A stretch of 64,000 nucleotides of DNA from assembly GCA_965112635.1 (NCBI GenBank), contig OZ218778.1, positions 2,720,001-2,784,000 of the forward strand. Direction: 5' to 3'. The translations under genes and the position numbers were made by a program. Below the pieces are notes generated by a model. It saw nothing but the letters and a program-made list of their open reading frames with translations. It was not told the DNA's origin and did not search any database. This DNA is from an uncultured bacterium. Lineage in GTDB: Bacteria > Oederibacteriota > Oederibacteriia > Oederibacteriales > Oederibacteriaceae. This document shows, piece by piece, positions 1-8,719 of this stretch (positions are counted from its first letter, which is position 1; each line of letters starts with the position of its first letter).

Positions 1-143
1 AGCTCGTGATAAAAACGGTGTTGTCGCTCATTATGAGTCTTTTGGGAATTTACTTTTTATACCAGGGCAAACGCAAGCAGGAAATAAAGCTCATGCTGGT
101 GGGTGGAACCTTACTGGTCCTCTCCTATTTCCTTTTCTTTTAA
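1..143 (+). CDS. 3' part of small two-TM membrane protein (truncated by window edge)
   Basis: Manual translation of frame 3: ...LVIKTVLSLIMSLLGIYFLYQGKRKQEIKLMLVGGTLLVLSYFLFF*, stop TAA 141-143; two hydrophobic helices around a basic loop. Confidence 0.6.
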   Translation, partial: LVIKTVLSLIMSLLGIYFLYQGKRKQEIKLMLVGGTLLVLSYFLFF

Positions 144-171
144 GCCCTCCTGTATCCGGGTTCAACCCCTT

Positions 172-3048
172 TCAACGAAGCACGGCGAATTTACCGATTA
201 CGCGTGCTTCCCGGGTGTTCCTTCTGGCCTGGATAGCATAATAATACATACCATTGGCCAAACGGTCATGATGCATATCCAGAAGATCGTAAGGCAGCGT
301 ATAAGTATATAGCGCCACCCCGTTTTCATATTCGATCTGGAGCAAAGGCGAATTGGCCGGGTCGTAGATCGAAAGGGACTGGACAAGACGTATAGAGGTC
401 GTATAGATCTTGAAAATCAATTGGTCCGGCACATCGGTCATCTTGATATAAACCTTCAACCCATTGCCATCCCGGACCGGGTTGGGATAAGGCACATGTT
501 TCATAATCCAAAGAGGCCCGCTGGCTGTCGGTGTGAACGTGGCTGTGTTGGTAAAGGTCATGCTGGAGGTAAGGGTACAACTCGGGGTCACGGTATTTGA
601 AGGAGTAAAAGAATAGGACGGGGTGAGGGTGCAGGTAAAAGTGAAAGTCTGGGTAAAAGTCGCTGTTTGTGTGGCTGTATTGGTATAGCTTGGGGTATTG
701 GTGATCGTGAATGTCTGGCTGGAGGTAAGGGTTTGGGTCGAGGTCATGGTCTGGCTGGCAGTCTGGGTCGCGGTCCCCGTGTAGGACTGGGTAAAAGTCT
801 GGGTAAAGGTCCGGGTCTGGCTGGCAGTCTGGGTCGCGGTTCCCGTGTAGGACTGGGTAAAAGTCTGGGTAAAAGTCCGGGTCTGGCTGAAAGTCATGGT
901 CTGGGTGGCAGTCTGGGTCGCCGTTCCCGTGTAGGACTGGGTAAAAGTCAGGCTGGAAGTCAGGGTCAGACTGGGAGTCAGGGTCTGAGTTGCCGTAAGC
1001 GTAAAAGTGGTTGTGGTGGTCACTGTCCCGGTCAGGGACGAGGTCAGGGTGCTGGTGGCCGTTTGGCTGGGGCCAGGCGTGAAAGTCTGGGTCGGCGTGG
1101 AGGTAGCAGTCCCCGTCATGGTCGAAGTTCTGGTCGGTGTCTGGGTGGCTGTTTGGGTGATTGTGCCGGTCGTCGTACAAGTACCGGTGGGTGTTCCGGT
1201 ATAGGTCGAGGTTGACGTCCGCGTATAGGTCATGGTCGGCGTGTAATTTTGCGGAGGGCATAAAGTGAGGTCATCCACCCAAATCGTATGGCTACCCATC
1301 TGGGTGGAGTCCAGGATGATACCTAGATCATAGATGTCGTTGAATAAAGGCATGGTGCCCCCGCTCGGGTGTGCAGTAAAAGAGGATGGCAGGTAAAAAG
1401 TAAATCTGGTCCATGCGTTGGTCGCTGTCTGTTGCGATGACCACGCCTGGTTAAAAAGCGGATAATCCCTTATCTGCACGCGAAATCTCTCTCCTCCCAC
1501 GCTCCCCTTGACCCAGATGGATAACTGGGTGTAGTTGGTCCAATTGGTCAGTGTTCCCAAAGAATTAAAAAATGACACCCATCCGTTTGGCTGCATATTC
1601 CAGGTGAGATTCATGGAATATCCCGCTCCGCCGTGATTATTGGCGCCATCATAGGTAGCGGTCCCCGTGGTGGTGGTATTGCTTGTGCTGTCATATCCGG
1701 AAGGGAGTATGGCGGTGATGCCGCCGCTGCTGGTCGGGTCCGTGCCGCCGTTATAGTCCGCGATTGTATCGAACGTTGAGCACGGAGTTGGATTAGGGGT
1801 CGGAGTCACAATAATTTCATCCGCCCCGATACAAGGCGGGTTTTGCCGCGGATGCAGGTAAATATCCTGGGTCACTTCGGGCAAACTCACTCCCTGCGCA
1901 ATGGCTCCCACTGCCTGGGCCGTCAGGTCCAGGTTGTTGGCCGCGGGATTGACCCAGTAATTCGCCGGGGTGCCCAGGTAATTGTTGCTGACAACCCCGG
2001 ACGTCAAACCCGAGGTGTCCAGTTGGCCGTCGATCAGGTTATTTTCGATATTTGTATTGGTGATCGTATTATAGGCAATGCAGCGGATACCCCTCGCCCC
2101 GTCATCCGGCCGGTAACAGCTGTTATTGTAAATTTTGCAGCCGTCCACCCAGCCCATTTCAATGCAGCAATCGACCGGGTTGGAGATGTAATTGTTCATG
2201 ACGGTCATATTCTGCCCGCTTATTTCACCGCAGCCGTAGAGCCCCAAACTGACCCCCCTGTCGCAATTTAAGATCTTGTTTCGTTGAAGAATGCAATTTT
2301 TACATCCCACCCAGAGTTGAAAGGCCGACCTCCCGCCTCCGTCGGCTCCTTTGATGTTCAAAAAAGTATTATCCTGGAAAGTCCAGCTATCCAAACGCAT
2401 CATATCAATGCCGGCGATATAGTCTCCGTTAAAGATCCAGCATGTGTTAGGGAGTTTGTTGTCCTCAAAGTAGCAGTTTTGCACCAGTCCGTACAAAGCG
2501 TGCGTATTGCCTGAGGTATCGGCAGTCCCTTTGATACAGCGGAATCCAAAATTGATGAACCGGCAGTTGAGTATCTCGATATCCTGGGGCGAGGAATAGG
2601 AATTCACTTTTATCCCGTAGCAGGCTTCGGTAAAGGTGATGGCCGAGATGGTCAGCGAGGTGCAAGTAGCAAAATCCGCGACCCACAGGCAGTCATTATT
2701 GCCTTCCCCCGGATGGGTTGAACAGGGCATTGAGCCATCATCAATAAAACCGATCCCCCGGATGATCACCTTGGTGGGGTCATTGGAAGCGCTGGTGAGA
2801 ACGACATTATTTGCGTTGTTGAACCTCAAGGGGCTGTTCTCGTTCAGCTGGTAGGTCCCGTCTGCCAGTTTGATGCAATCCCCTGGCTGGGCATTGGTTA
2901 CGGCGTTATACAAAGCGACCACATTAGCCACATTAACCGTATGCAGACAGGCTGCCTGGGCGGGAATAGCCAAATGAATGGCCGCGAGGACCAAGAGAAG
3001 TCCATAAAATGAAAAAAGAACCTTTCGGTATGCCCCTGTGTCTGACAA
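172..3048 (-). CDS. Secreted right-handed beta-helix (pectin-lyase-like) protein with CBM11/CIA30-like module, Thr/Ser stalk and T9SS type-A-like C-terminal domain
   Basis: Signal peptide ending AQA; PGDCIKLADGTY beta-helix start; QLSIWVKG...FRVQIRD...WVDDLTL CBM-like; ~240 aa T-x repeat; C-terminal YPNP...KIYT...LANGMYYY...KFAVLR; GAGGGAG RBS before TTG. Confidence 0.85.
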   Translation of the reverse strand: MSDTGAYRKVLFSFYGLLLVLAAIHLAIPAQAACLHTVNVANVVALYNAVTNAQPGDCIKLADGTYQLNENSPLRFNNANNVVLTSASNDPTKVIIRGIGFIDDGSMPCSTHPGEGNNDCLWVADFATCTSLTISAITFTEACYGIKVNSYSSPQDIEILNCRFINFGFRCIKGTADTSGNTHALYGLVQNCYFEDNKLPNTCWIFNGDYIAGIDMMRLDSWTFQDNTFLNIKGADGGGRSAFQLWVGCKNCILQRNKILNCDRGVSLGLYGCGEISGQNMTVMNNYISNPVDCCIEMGWVDGCKIYNNSCYRPDDGARGIRCIAYNTITNTNIENNLIDGQLDTSGLTSGVVSNNYLGTPANYWVNPAANNLDLTAQAVGAIAQGVSLPEVTQDIYLHPRQNPPCIGADEIIVTPTPNPTPCSTFDTIADYNGGTDPTSSGGITAILPSGYDSTSNTTTTGTATYDGANNHGGAGYSMNLTWNMQPNGWVSFFNSLGTLTNWTNYTQLSIWVKGSVGGERFRVQIRDYPLFNQAWSSQQTATNAWTRFTFYLPSSFTAHPSGGTMPLFNDIYDLGIILDSTQMGSHTIWVDDLTLCPPQNYTPTMTYTRTSTSTYTGTPTGTCTTTGTITQTATQTPTRTSTMTGTATSTPTQTFTPGPSQTATSTLTSSLTGTVTTTTTFTLTATQTLTPSLTLTSSLTFTQSYTGTATQTATQTMTFSQTRTFTQTFTQSYTGTATQTASQTRTFTQTFTQSYTGTATQTASQTMTSTQTLTSSQTFTITNTPSYTNTATQTATFTQTFTFTCTLTPSYSFTPSNTVTPSCTLTSSMTFTNTATFTPTASGPLWIMKHVPYPNPVRDGNGLKVYIKMTDVPDQLIFKIYTTSIRLVQSLSIYDPANSPLLQIEYENGVALYTYTLPYDLLDMHHDRLANGMYYYAIQARRNTREARVIGKFAVLR
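751..950. repeat. Intragenic 66-bp tandem repeat encoding TFTQTFTQSYTGTATQTASQT units
   Basis: Near-identical units start at 751 and 817, with a partial third copy at about 901-949. Confidence 0.8.
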
Positions 3049-3141
3049 CTTTTCTCCCTCGCCAAGTACTCTAAAGGCGCGTCAGTCGGCTAGCTCTCCC
3101 ATCATGGACTCGCGTCCACGATCGGCTTTTCGCTTGTTCTT
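3016..3141 (-). ncRNA. Candidate c-di-GMP-I (GEMM-I)-like riboswitch, copy 1
   Basis: Minus strand AAAAGCCG-ATCGTGGAC(GCGA)GTCCATGAT-GGGAGAGCTA...CTGAC/GTCAG...ACAGGGGCATACCGA; shares anchors with copy at 11541-11626; GNRA-capped P2. Confidence 0.6.
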
Positions 3142-3291
3142 GAATAATCTTCTTTAATTTGGTTGTTTTAGAACCCTGCCAGGTACTTTAAGTTAATTAT
3201 ACTATCCAAAATAAGATTTCCTACTAATAATTAGACAATTCCGGACTTTAAAAGTTCCCGTTGAAAGTTTTTTAATGGAAAAGTAAAGGGT

Positions 3292-4554
3292 TTAGGGGTT
3301 TGCGGGGGCTTGCTGGGAAGACGGCCCCGCGTTAAATTCACTGGCCCCGATATCCGGCGGGTCTTTTCTGGGATTGTGGTCTATATCCTCGGTCACCTCA
3401 GGCAAGGCGACCCCTTTGCCGATGGCTCCCTCGGCCTGGCTGGTCAAATGCAGGTCTCCGGCCCCGGGATTGACCCAGTAATTCGCCGTCGCATGGATCT
3501 CATTATTGCTGGTATCGCACTGGGAACCGGAGGTCTCCAGCCATTCGTTCATCAGGTTGTTCTTGATGCTCGTGTCCGTGACCGTGTTGTGACCGAGACA
3601 GGTGATCCCCGACCCACCCTCATCCGGCCGGTAACAGCTGTTGTTGTATATCTTGCAGCCGTCATTTCTGCACATTTCAATGGCGCTGTCTTTGTTCCCT
3701 GATATGAAATTATTGCGGACGACCTGGTTGTCCCCGTTCTCTTCCGTGCTGGCCGGCAGTCCCAGGGTGACCCCCCGGTCGCAACCCGTAATATGGTTCC
3801 GCTGGACGATGCAGTTCTGGCATCCCACCCAGATAAAAACAGCCGCGCGGGCCCCGCCATGGGCGCCCTTGATGTTCAGAAAAGTGTTGTCTTCGATGGT
3901 CCAGCTGTCCAAACGCATCATATCAATGCCAGCGATGTAATCTCCGTTGAAAACCCAGCAGGGAGGCGGAACTTTGTTGTCCTCAAAATAGCAGTCCCTG
4001 ATCAATCCGCGCATGGCATGGGCGTTGCCCCCCGTATCGGCCGTCCCCTTGATGCAGCGGTACCCCAAATTGATGAACCGGCAGCTGAGGATATCGATGT
4101 CCTGGGGTGAATTTTGCGAATACACCTTGATCCCGTAGCAGGCTTCGGTGAAAGTGATGGCCGAGACCGTGATGGATGAGCACACGGCGTTGTCCGCGAT
4201 CCAAAGGCAGTCGTTGTTTTCCTCTCCCCGGTGGGGTGAGCATGACTGAGAGCCGTCGTCCGTGAAACCGGTGCCCTGGATGATGACCTTGGTAGGATCG
4301 TGGGAGGCGCTGGTCAGGACAACACGGTTGACCCCATTGAACCGCAAGGGTCTGTTCTCGGTCAGATGGTAGGTGCCGTCAGCGAGCAGGATGCAGTCGC
4401 CGTCCTTGGCCCCCTTGACCGCGTCGTACAATGTGGTCACATCGGATACGTTGACGGTCTGGCCGCAGTCTGCCCCTATCCTCCCGGCTGGCAGCAGGGA
4501 AAAAAGGATAAGGGCTAACGAGATCACGCCAAATGTTTCAGCTGATTTCCGCAT
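3292..4554 (-). CDS. Secreted right-handed beta-helix protein, paralog of the N-terminal domain of 172..3048
   Basis: Signal peptide; long shared stretches (NNDCLW, SAITFTEACYGIKV, FNGDYIAGIDMMRLDSWT); lacks CBM, stalk and CTD. Confidence 0.85.
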   Translation of the reverse strand: MRKSAETFGVISLALILFSLLPAGRIGADCGQTVNVSDVTTLYDAVKGAKDGDCILLADGTYHLTENRPLRFNGVNRVVLTSASHDPTKVIIQGTGFTDDGSQSCSPHRGEENNDCLWIADNAVCSSITVSAITFTEACYGIKVYSQNSPQDIDILSCRFINLGYRCIKGTADTGGNAHAMRGLIRDCYFEDNKVPPPCWVFNGDYIAGIDMMRLDSWTIEDNTFLNIKGAHGGARAAVFIWVGCQNCIVQRNHITGCDRGVTLGLPASTEENGDNQVVRNNFISGNKDSAIEMCRNDGCKIYNNSCYRPDEGGSGITCLGHNTVTDTSIKNNLMNEWLETSGSQCDTSNNEIHATANYWVNPGAGDLHLTSQAEGAIGKGVALPEVTEDIDHNPRKDPPDIGASEFNAGPSSQQAPANP

Positions 4555-4987
4555 CTATTTTCCTCATGTTCCTGAACACCATTTCCCTCTCGTTGCGGGT
4601 GACATGCTGGTCAATGTAGGGATAGATGATATGTTCTTCCTTGAAAGTGTGGGATTCCAGTAAAGTCTCCAAGGCCGCTTCCTCGGGCCCGCTGAACCCT
4701 TTTTGCTCCAATCGCTTGGTCATAGCGCTCAGGAGGTTCAGGATCTCTCCGTGCTCCCGCCGGACCTCTTTGGTTGAATTGGCCAAATAGGCAACGCTCT
4801 CCGCTTCAAAGATAGGGAAGATCAACCTGTCCTCCCAAAGAATATGACGATGCAGGCTCTGCTTGAGGGTCCTCAGGTTTTCTGGTGAATGCTCCTTGTC
4901 CTTGGCCAGGGAATCCTGGTAATGGTCAAAAATCCCCCTGATCCTTTGGTGGTCCTTGTGGAAAAAATCGTAGAATGAATTTTCCAA
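4538..4987 (-). CDS. Hemerythrin/HHE cation-binding domain protein
   Basis: DH..., HILWED..IFP, EH, HTFKEE..IYP motifs. Confidence 0.85.
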   Translation of the reverse strand: MENSFYDFFHKDHQRIRGIFDHYQDSLAKDKEHSPENLRTLKQSLHRHILWEDRLIFPIFEAESVAYLANSTKEVRREHGEILNLLSAMTKRLEQKGFSGPEEAALETLLESHTFKEEHIIYPYIDQHVTRNEREMVFRNMRKIDAEIS

Positions 4988-5027
4988 TCTGCTCTCCCCG
5001 CGTGGTCCAATAATCGCTTAATTTTAA

Positions 5028-6023
5028 CTACTTTTCGCCTTTTTTGTCATGTAAAAACTTGATTAAATCTTCAGGCAAGGGTGCCGTAAAGGTGATGGGT
5101 TGGCAGTTGACCGGATGAGTCAAGGAAAGCCCATAGGCATGCAAGAGTTGGCGGTCCGCCCCATACCGGCCTCCAAAAGCCTGGTCGCCCCCGGCTTTGA
5201 CATGGTGGATGTAATCCAGGAATTCGGTGTCGGTCCGGCCATAGAGCTTGTCGCCCACGACTGGATGGCCAAGGTAGGCCAAATGAACTCGTATCTGGTT
5301 GGTCCGACCTGTTTTGGGAAAAGCCGCCACCAGGGTATATCCATCCAACCTCTCCAGGACTTTAAACTCGGTCACGGACTCCTTGGCCCCAGGGCTCCCC
5401 TCAGGGACTACGGCCCAGCGTATGGAGATCTCGCTCTGCTCGTCCCTGGCAACGGGCTGGTCAACCCTGTAAGAGTCCTTTTCCATCACACCGGCCACGA
5501 TACAGCGGTATTCTTTGCTTACCGCCCCTGACTCAAACTGTCTGAGCAAGTCTGCCAAAGCTTCCCTGGTTTTGGCGACCACCATCAGCCCGCTGGTCTC
5601 CCTGTCCAAACGGTGGCACAACCACAGTTTCCCCTGATAACCCCGCTGCTTGAGCATTTCTGTCAGTAGGAAGATGAAGGTGTGCTTGATAAAATTTCCG
5701 TCGCTGTGCGAAGGCAGGGTGGCTGGCTTGTTGGCCACCAGAAGATGGTCATCTTCAAAAAGGACCTGGATGTTCTTGTCCACCGGAGGTTCCCTCAAGG
5801 CCACCCAATAGCTGACCAGGTCACCCTTTATCAATTTTTCCTTGCCCGTGGCCGGCTTGTTGTTGAGCAGGAGTTTTCTGTCATCCAGGGCACCCTGCCA
5901 GGCTTGAGGGTTCCGGTAGGGATAACGCTTTTGGAGATATTCCATGAGGGACATTCCGGCATATTTGGTCGGTACGGGAGACTTGAGGAGGGTAAGTTCG
6001 TTCTGACCATCCGGCATTTTCAT
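5028..6023 (-). CDS. RluA/RluD family pseudouridine synthase
   Basis: NKP, HRLDRETSG (catalytic Asp), TGRTNQIRVH, GDKLYG, LHA motifs. Confidence 0.95.
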   Translation of the reverse strand: MKMPDGQNELTLLKSPVPTKYAGMSLMEYLQKRYPYRNPQAWQGALDDRKLLLNNKPATGKEKLIKGDLVSYWVALREPPVDKNIQVLFEDDHLLVANKPATLPSHSDGNFIKHTFIFLLTEMLKQRGYQGKLWLCHRLDRETSGLMVVAKTREALADLLRQFESGAVSKEYRCIVAGVMEKDSYRVDQPVARDEQSEISIRWAVVPEGSPGAKESVTEFKVLERLDGYTLVAAFPKTGRTNQIRVHLAYLGHPVVGDKLYGRTDTEFLDYIHHVKAGGDQAFGGRYGADRQLLHAYGLSLTHPVNCQPITFTAPLPEDLIKFLHDKKGEK

Positions 6024-6044
6024 CTTTTTTTTGCCAGGCCTTCC

Positions 6045-6242
6045 TATCGGGATAGCGCTTAGAGCACCACGGGCTCTGCCCGTGGGTGAATAAGCGCGAA
6101 TATAATAAACAGCTTCCTTTCCGAGAGGATTCCAAAGGAGGTTACTCCTTTGGTCAGCCAGCGCAGCTGGCTGGGTGTTTTGTGGGGGCCACGGGCCAGT
6201 CGCTTCGCCGACTAGGCGAGCTGTGTCCGTGGGGGACCCACG
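6045..6242 (+). repeat. Non-coding palindromic element (REP/PATE-like), copy A
   Basis: Terminal hairpins CCACGGGC..G(C/T)CCGTGG at 6067-6085 and 6189-6232; 38-nt core 6120-6157 identical to reverse complement of 10007-10044. Confidence 0.8.
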
Positions 6243-6245
6243 GCT

Positions 6246-8114
6246 TTAAACAGGCTCTACCCTCGGCATCTTGTAATATCCCTCGCCTTTTTTGAGCAAA
6301 GTCCGGGGAACATCAAGGCGGTAGAGGTCCAGGAAAACGCCCCATGCCTCGCCGCTGTCGGAACCAAGACCCACCAGCACCTCGTGCCTTCCTTTACCTG
6401 CTTTGAATTTTATCTTGGCGTCATCCGGCTTGGCGGGTCCACAGCCATCGGGGTCGTAATACTTTTCCTGGCCGTCGACCCAAATCTTTGTCGGGCCGTC
6501 ATAGCCGCAATACAGGAAAAGGCTCATCCTTTCATCACAATGGAACCGGCAAAGGAAATACACGAGCACATCCTTTGGCCTCAGGGCCCCGAGCTCCAGG
6601 TGCAGGTCGCAAAAATTGGCTCCGAACATCCTAGGCGCGAAACCCAGGGGTATATGGTCCTTGGGATAGCTAAGGTTTTCCAATCGTCCTGCCGAAGGCA
6701 TGAATTTGCTCACCCAAAGGTTTTTGATGAACCCTGTGCTGGCCACCATGGTGGACGATAAAGGCATGGGCCCGAAAACCGGGAGCGACCGGCCCGCGCT
6801 GTCCGTGACATTGCAAGCGGGATTGCACCCTGCTCCGTATTGCATCCTGCACTTGTAGATTTCATTGGGTAGGACAAGGGTCCGGTAATAGACCCTTGGT
6901 CCCTTCAGGTCGGCCCTATAACCGTAATCCTGGGTGTTCAACGCGAAACCCTTGGCTAACCCCTTGGACTGCAGACGGCCCGCCACATTTTTAAATGTCA
7001 CGACCACATCAGTCCAGATATCCGGCAGGATGCCCTTCTTGATCTCGATCTTGTCCGGCTGTATCTCCGGGTAACCTTTGCCGGTGAGCATAAAGTGCAT
7101 GGCCCTAGCCAGCCGCCTTCCCAGCACGCATTGCTCTTTACCTCGGACATGGATGTTGTCTTCCAGATCTAGATCTATAGCTGGCACTGTGGCAAGACGT
7201 TTTACTCTCTGAGGTAAGGTCCGTTGGGTTTCTTGAATCAGGTTCCATGGTTTGGGGTCCCTGGCCGGGTCAATGACACGGCCCAGCTGCACCATCACTA
7301 GCGGCAGGTTGCCGTCACCTAGGTCCTTCCGGAAACTTCTGACAAGCTCGATCATGTTCTGGCCGAAGACCAGGGAAGCCGTGCCATCCGCGTCTGACTC
7401 CCCCTGATACCAGACAATACCGGCGACCTTTGACCCGTTCTTGCGGAAACGCCTCAGGGTCGCTCCATACAGGCTCGCGCCTCCCTTATTTTTTAACTGG
7501 GGGCTCCATTGAGCCATGGAGGTGCCGCCGTGGCCGCAGACCAGGAGCCCCTGGGGGATTTTGGTCAGCTTTTGCATCTCCCGGCCAAAAGAAACGCCAG
7601 GTCCCGTGCCCATGACCTTATCTACCGGCGGTCTTCCGCCACTCAGGTCGATGTGCACCTGGTCCACGGTCGCCCACATGTTGTGCAGCGGGTCTTCAGC
7701 CACCCTCCACGCGTCATCCATGTAAAAAGCCCTGACCAAAGGATGCGGTTTTTCCCTTTCCGTGAGGATCCCGCGCCCCTGCATGTTGGACTGGCCTCCC
7801 AGGACCCATACGTCGCCGACCAGCACGTCTTTAAATGACAGGCTCTCAGCCTGGTTCCCTTGGCTGTCTTCTATCCAAAGTTCTATCTGGTAAGGCCCGC
7901 CAACAGGCAAGCCCGCCAGCTGGCCTGAAAAGCGGAAGCCGTCGGCATAGCCGACCTTCTTGGATCCGAAACCCTTGACTGTCTTTCCGCCTTTCACAGC
8001 GGTTGCTTTGACCGAACCTTTGGTGAAACAAAAACCTTCAACTTTCCCCGCACTGCGGTTTCGTTTGTCCCTCTGTAAAACCATATGATCAAAAAGGCCT
8101 GCAGAGATCTTCAT
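6246..8114 (-). CDS. Sialate O-acetylesterase-like (SGNH/SASA) carbohydrate esterase with C-terminal beta domain
   Basis: VGDVWVLGGQSNM, WYQGESD, DNIH motifs; ATG 8114 follows GGAGG RBS. Confidence 0.9.
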   Translation of the reverse strand: MKISAGLFDHMVLQRDKRNRSAGKVEGFCFTKGSVKATAVKGGKTVKGFGSKKVGYADGFRFSGQLAGLPVGGPYQIELWIEDSQGNQAESLSFKDVLVGDVWVLGGQSNMQGRGILTEREKPHPLVRAFYMDDAWRVAEDPLHNMWATVDQVHIDLSGGRPPVDKVMGTGPGVSFGREMQKLTKIPQGLLVCGHGGTSMAQWSPQLKNKGGASLYGATLRRFRKNGSKVAGIVWYQGESDADGTASLVFGQNMIELVRSFRKDLGDGNLPLVMVQLGRVIDPARDPKPWNLIQETQRTLPQRVKRLATVPAIDLDLEDNIHVRGKEQCVLGRRLARAMHFMLTGKGYPEIQPDKIEIKKGILPDIWTDVVVTFKNVAGRLQSKGLAKGFALNTQDYGYRADLKGPRVYYRTLVLPNEIYKCRMQYGAGCNPACNVTDSAGRSLPVFGPMPLSSTMVASTGFIKNLWVSKFMPSAGRLENLSYPKDHIPLGFAPRMFGANFCDLHLELGALRPKDVLVYFLCRFHCDERMSLFLYCGYDGPTKIWVDGQEKYYDPDGCGPAKPDDAKIKFKAGKGRHEVLVGLGSDSGEAWGVFLDLYRLDVPRTLLKKGEGYYKMPRVEPV

Positions 8115-8292
8115 GTCATCCTCCAAAACAATTTTAAAAAGCTGTCGATTTGCATTAGATTACCATATTTCCTTTGGAATAAAGCGCAAAACAGGGCCAC
8201 TCGAACGCAAAAATAAATGAAATTTATCTGCCAGCTGAATTGTTCTATTAGCTAAAGAAGACAATATACCAGAGAGAGGGGGTGAACTAAAA

Positions 8293-8541
8293 ATGAAAAA
8301 GTTTATAGTGATCTGTTTGGTGTTAGGTCTTATGGTTTCTCTGTTTGCCGTGACCCCGGCCATGGCCAAACCTAAATATCCCAATATTCAAAAAGCGATC
8401 CACGTTTTGGAAATGGCCAAGGGGGACCTGCAAAAAGCTGCCCATGATTTCGGCGGTCATCGCGCTGACGCCCTGGCGGCCTGCGACAAGGCTATCGAAC
8501 AGTTAAAGCTGGCCCTGCAGTACAAGGAAGCGGGCAAATAA
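8293..8541 (+). CDS. Small secreted helical protein
   Basis: Signal peptide ending AMA; A..DL..A.HDFGGHR..AL motif that I recognise from small secreted proteins; followed by a terminator. Confidence 0.85.
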   Translation: MKKFIVICLVLGLMVSLFAVTPAMAKPKYPNIQKAIHVLEMAKGDLQKAAHDFGGHRADALAACDKAIEQLKLALQYKEAGK

Positions 8542-8575
8542 AAAGACAATTAAAGATTTTTGATATACAGCTCAT

Positions 8576-8615
8576 AAAAAGGGGTGCGAGACGCAAATTT
8601 TCGCGCCCCTTTTTT
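8576..8615 (+). terminator. Rho-independent terminator (bidirectional)
   Basis: AAAAAGGGGTGCGA...TCGCGCCCCTTTTTT. Confidence 0.8.
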
Positions 8616-8719
8616 GTTTTCTCTTAGCAGCAGGCACCTAACCGCCCAGTTGATTGACACTTTCCTCTAATGCCGTTAACATATCCTTTAAACAAAATCT
8701 CACGGGGAGGAGCAATAAT

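Noticed and set aside
751-950. Regular repeats as a possible CRISPR array
   Set aside because: In-frame coding tandem repeats, no unique spacers, no cas genes
326-1261. 311-aa His/Asp/Pro-rich ORF and the Gly-rich antisense ORF 667..1215
   Set aside because: Alternative-frame shadows of the repetitive Thr stalk in 172..3048
6086-6295. Short ORFs sharing REDSKGGYSFGQ (also 9869..10216)
   Set aside because: Similarity comes from the non-coding palindromic repeat; no RBS or coding support
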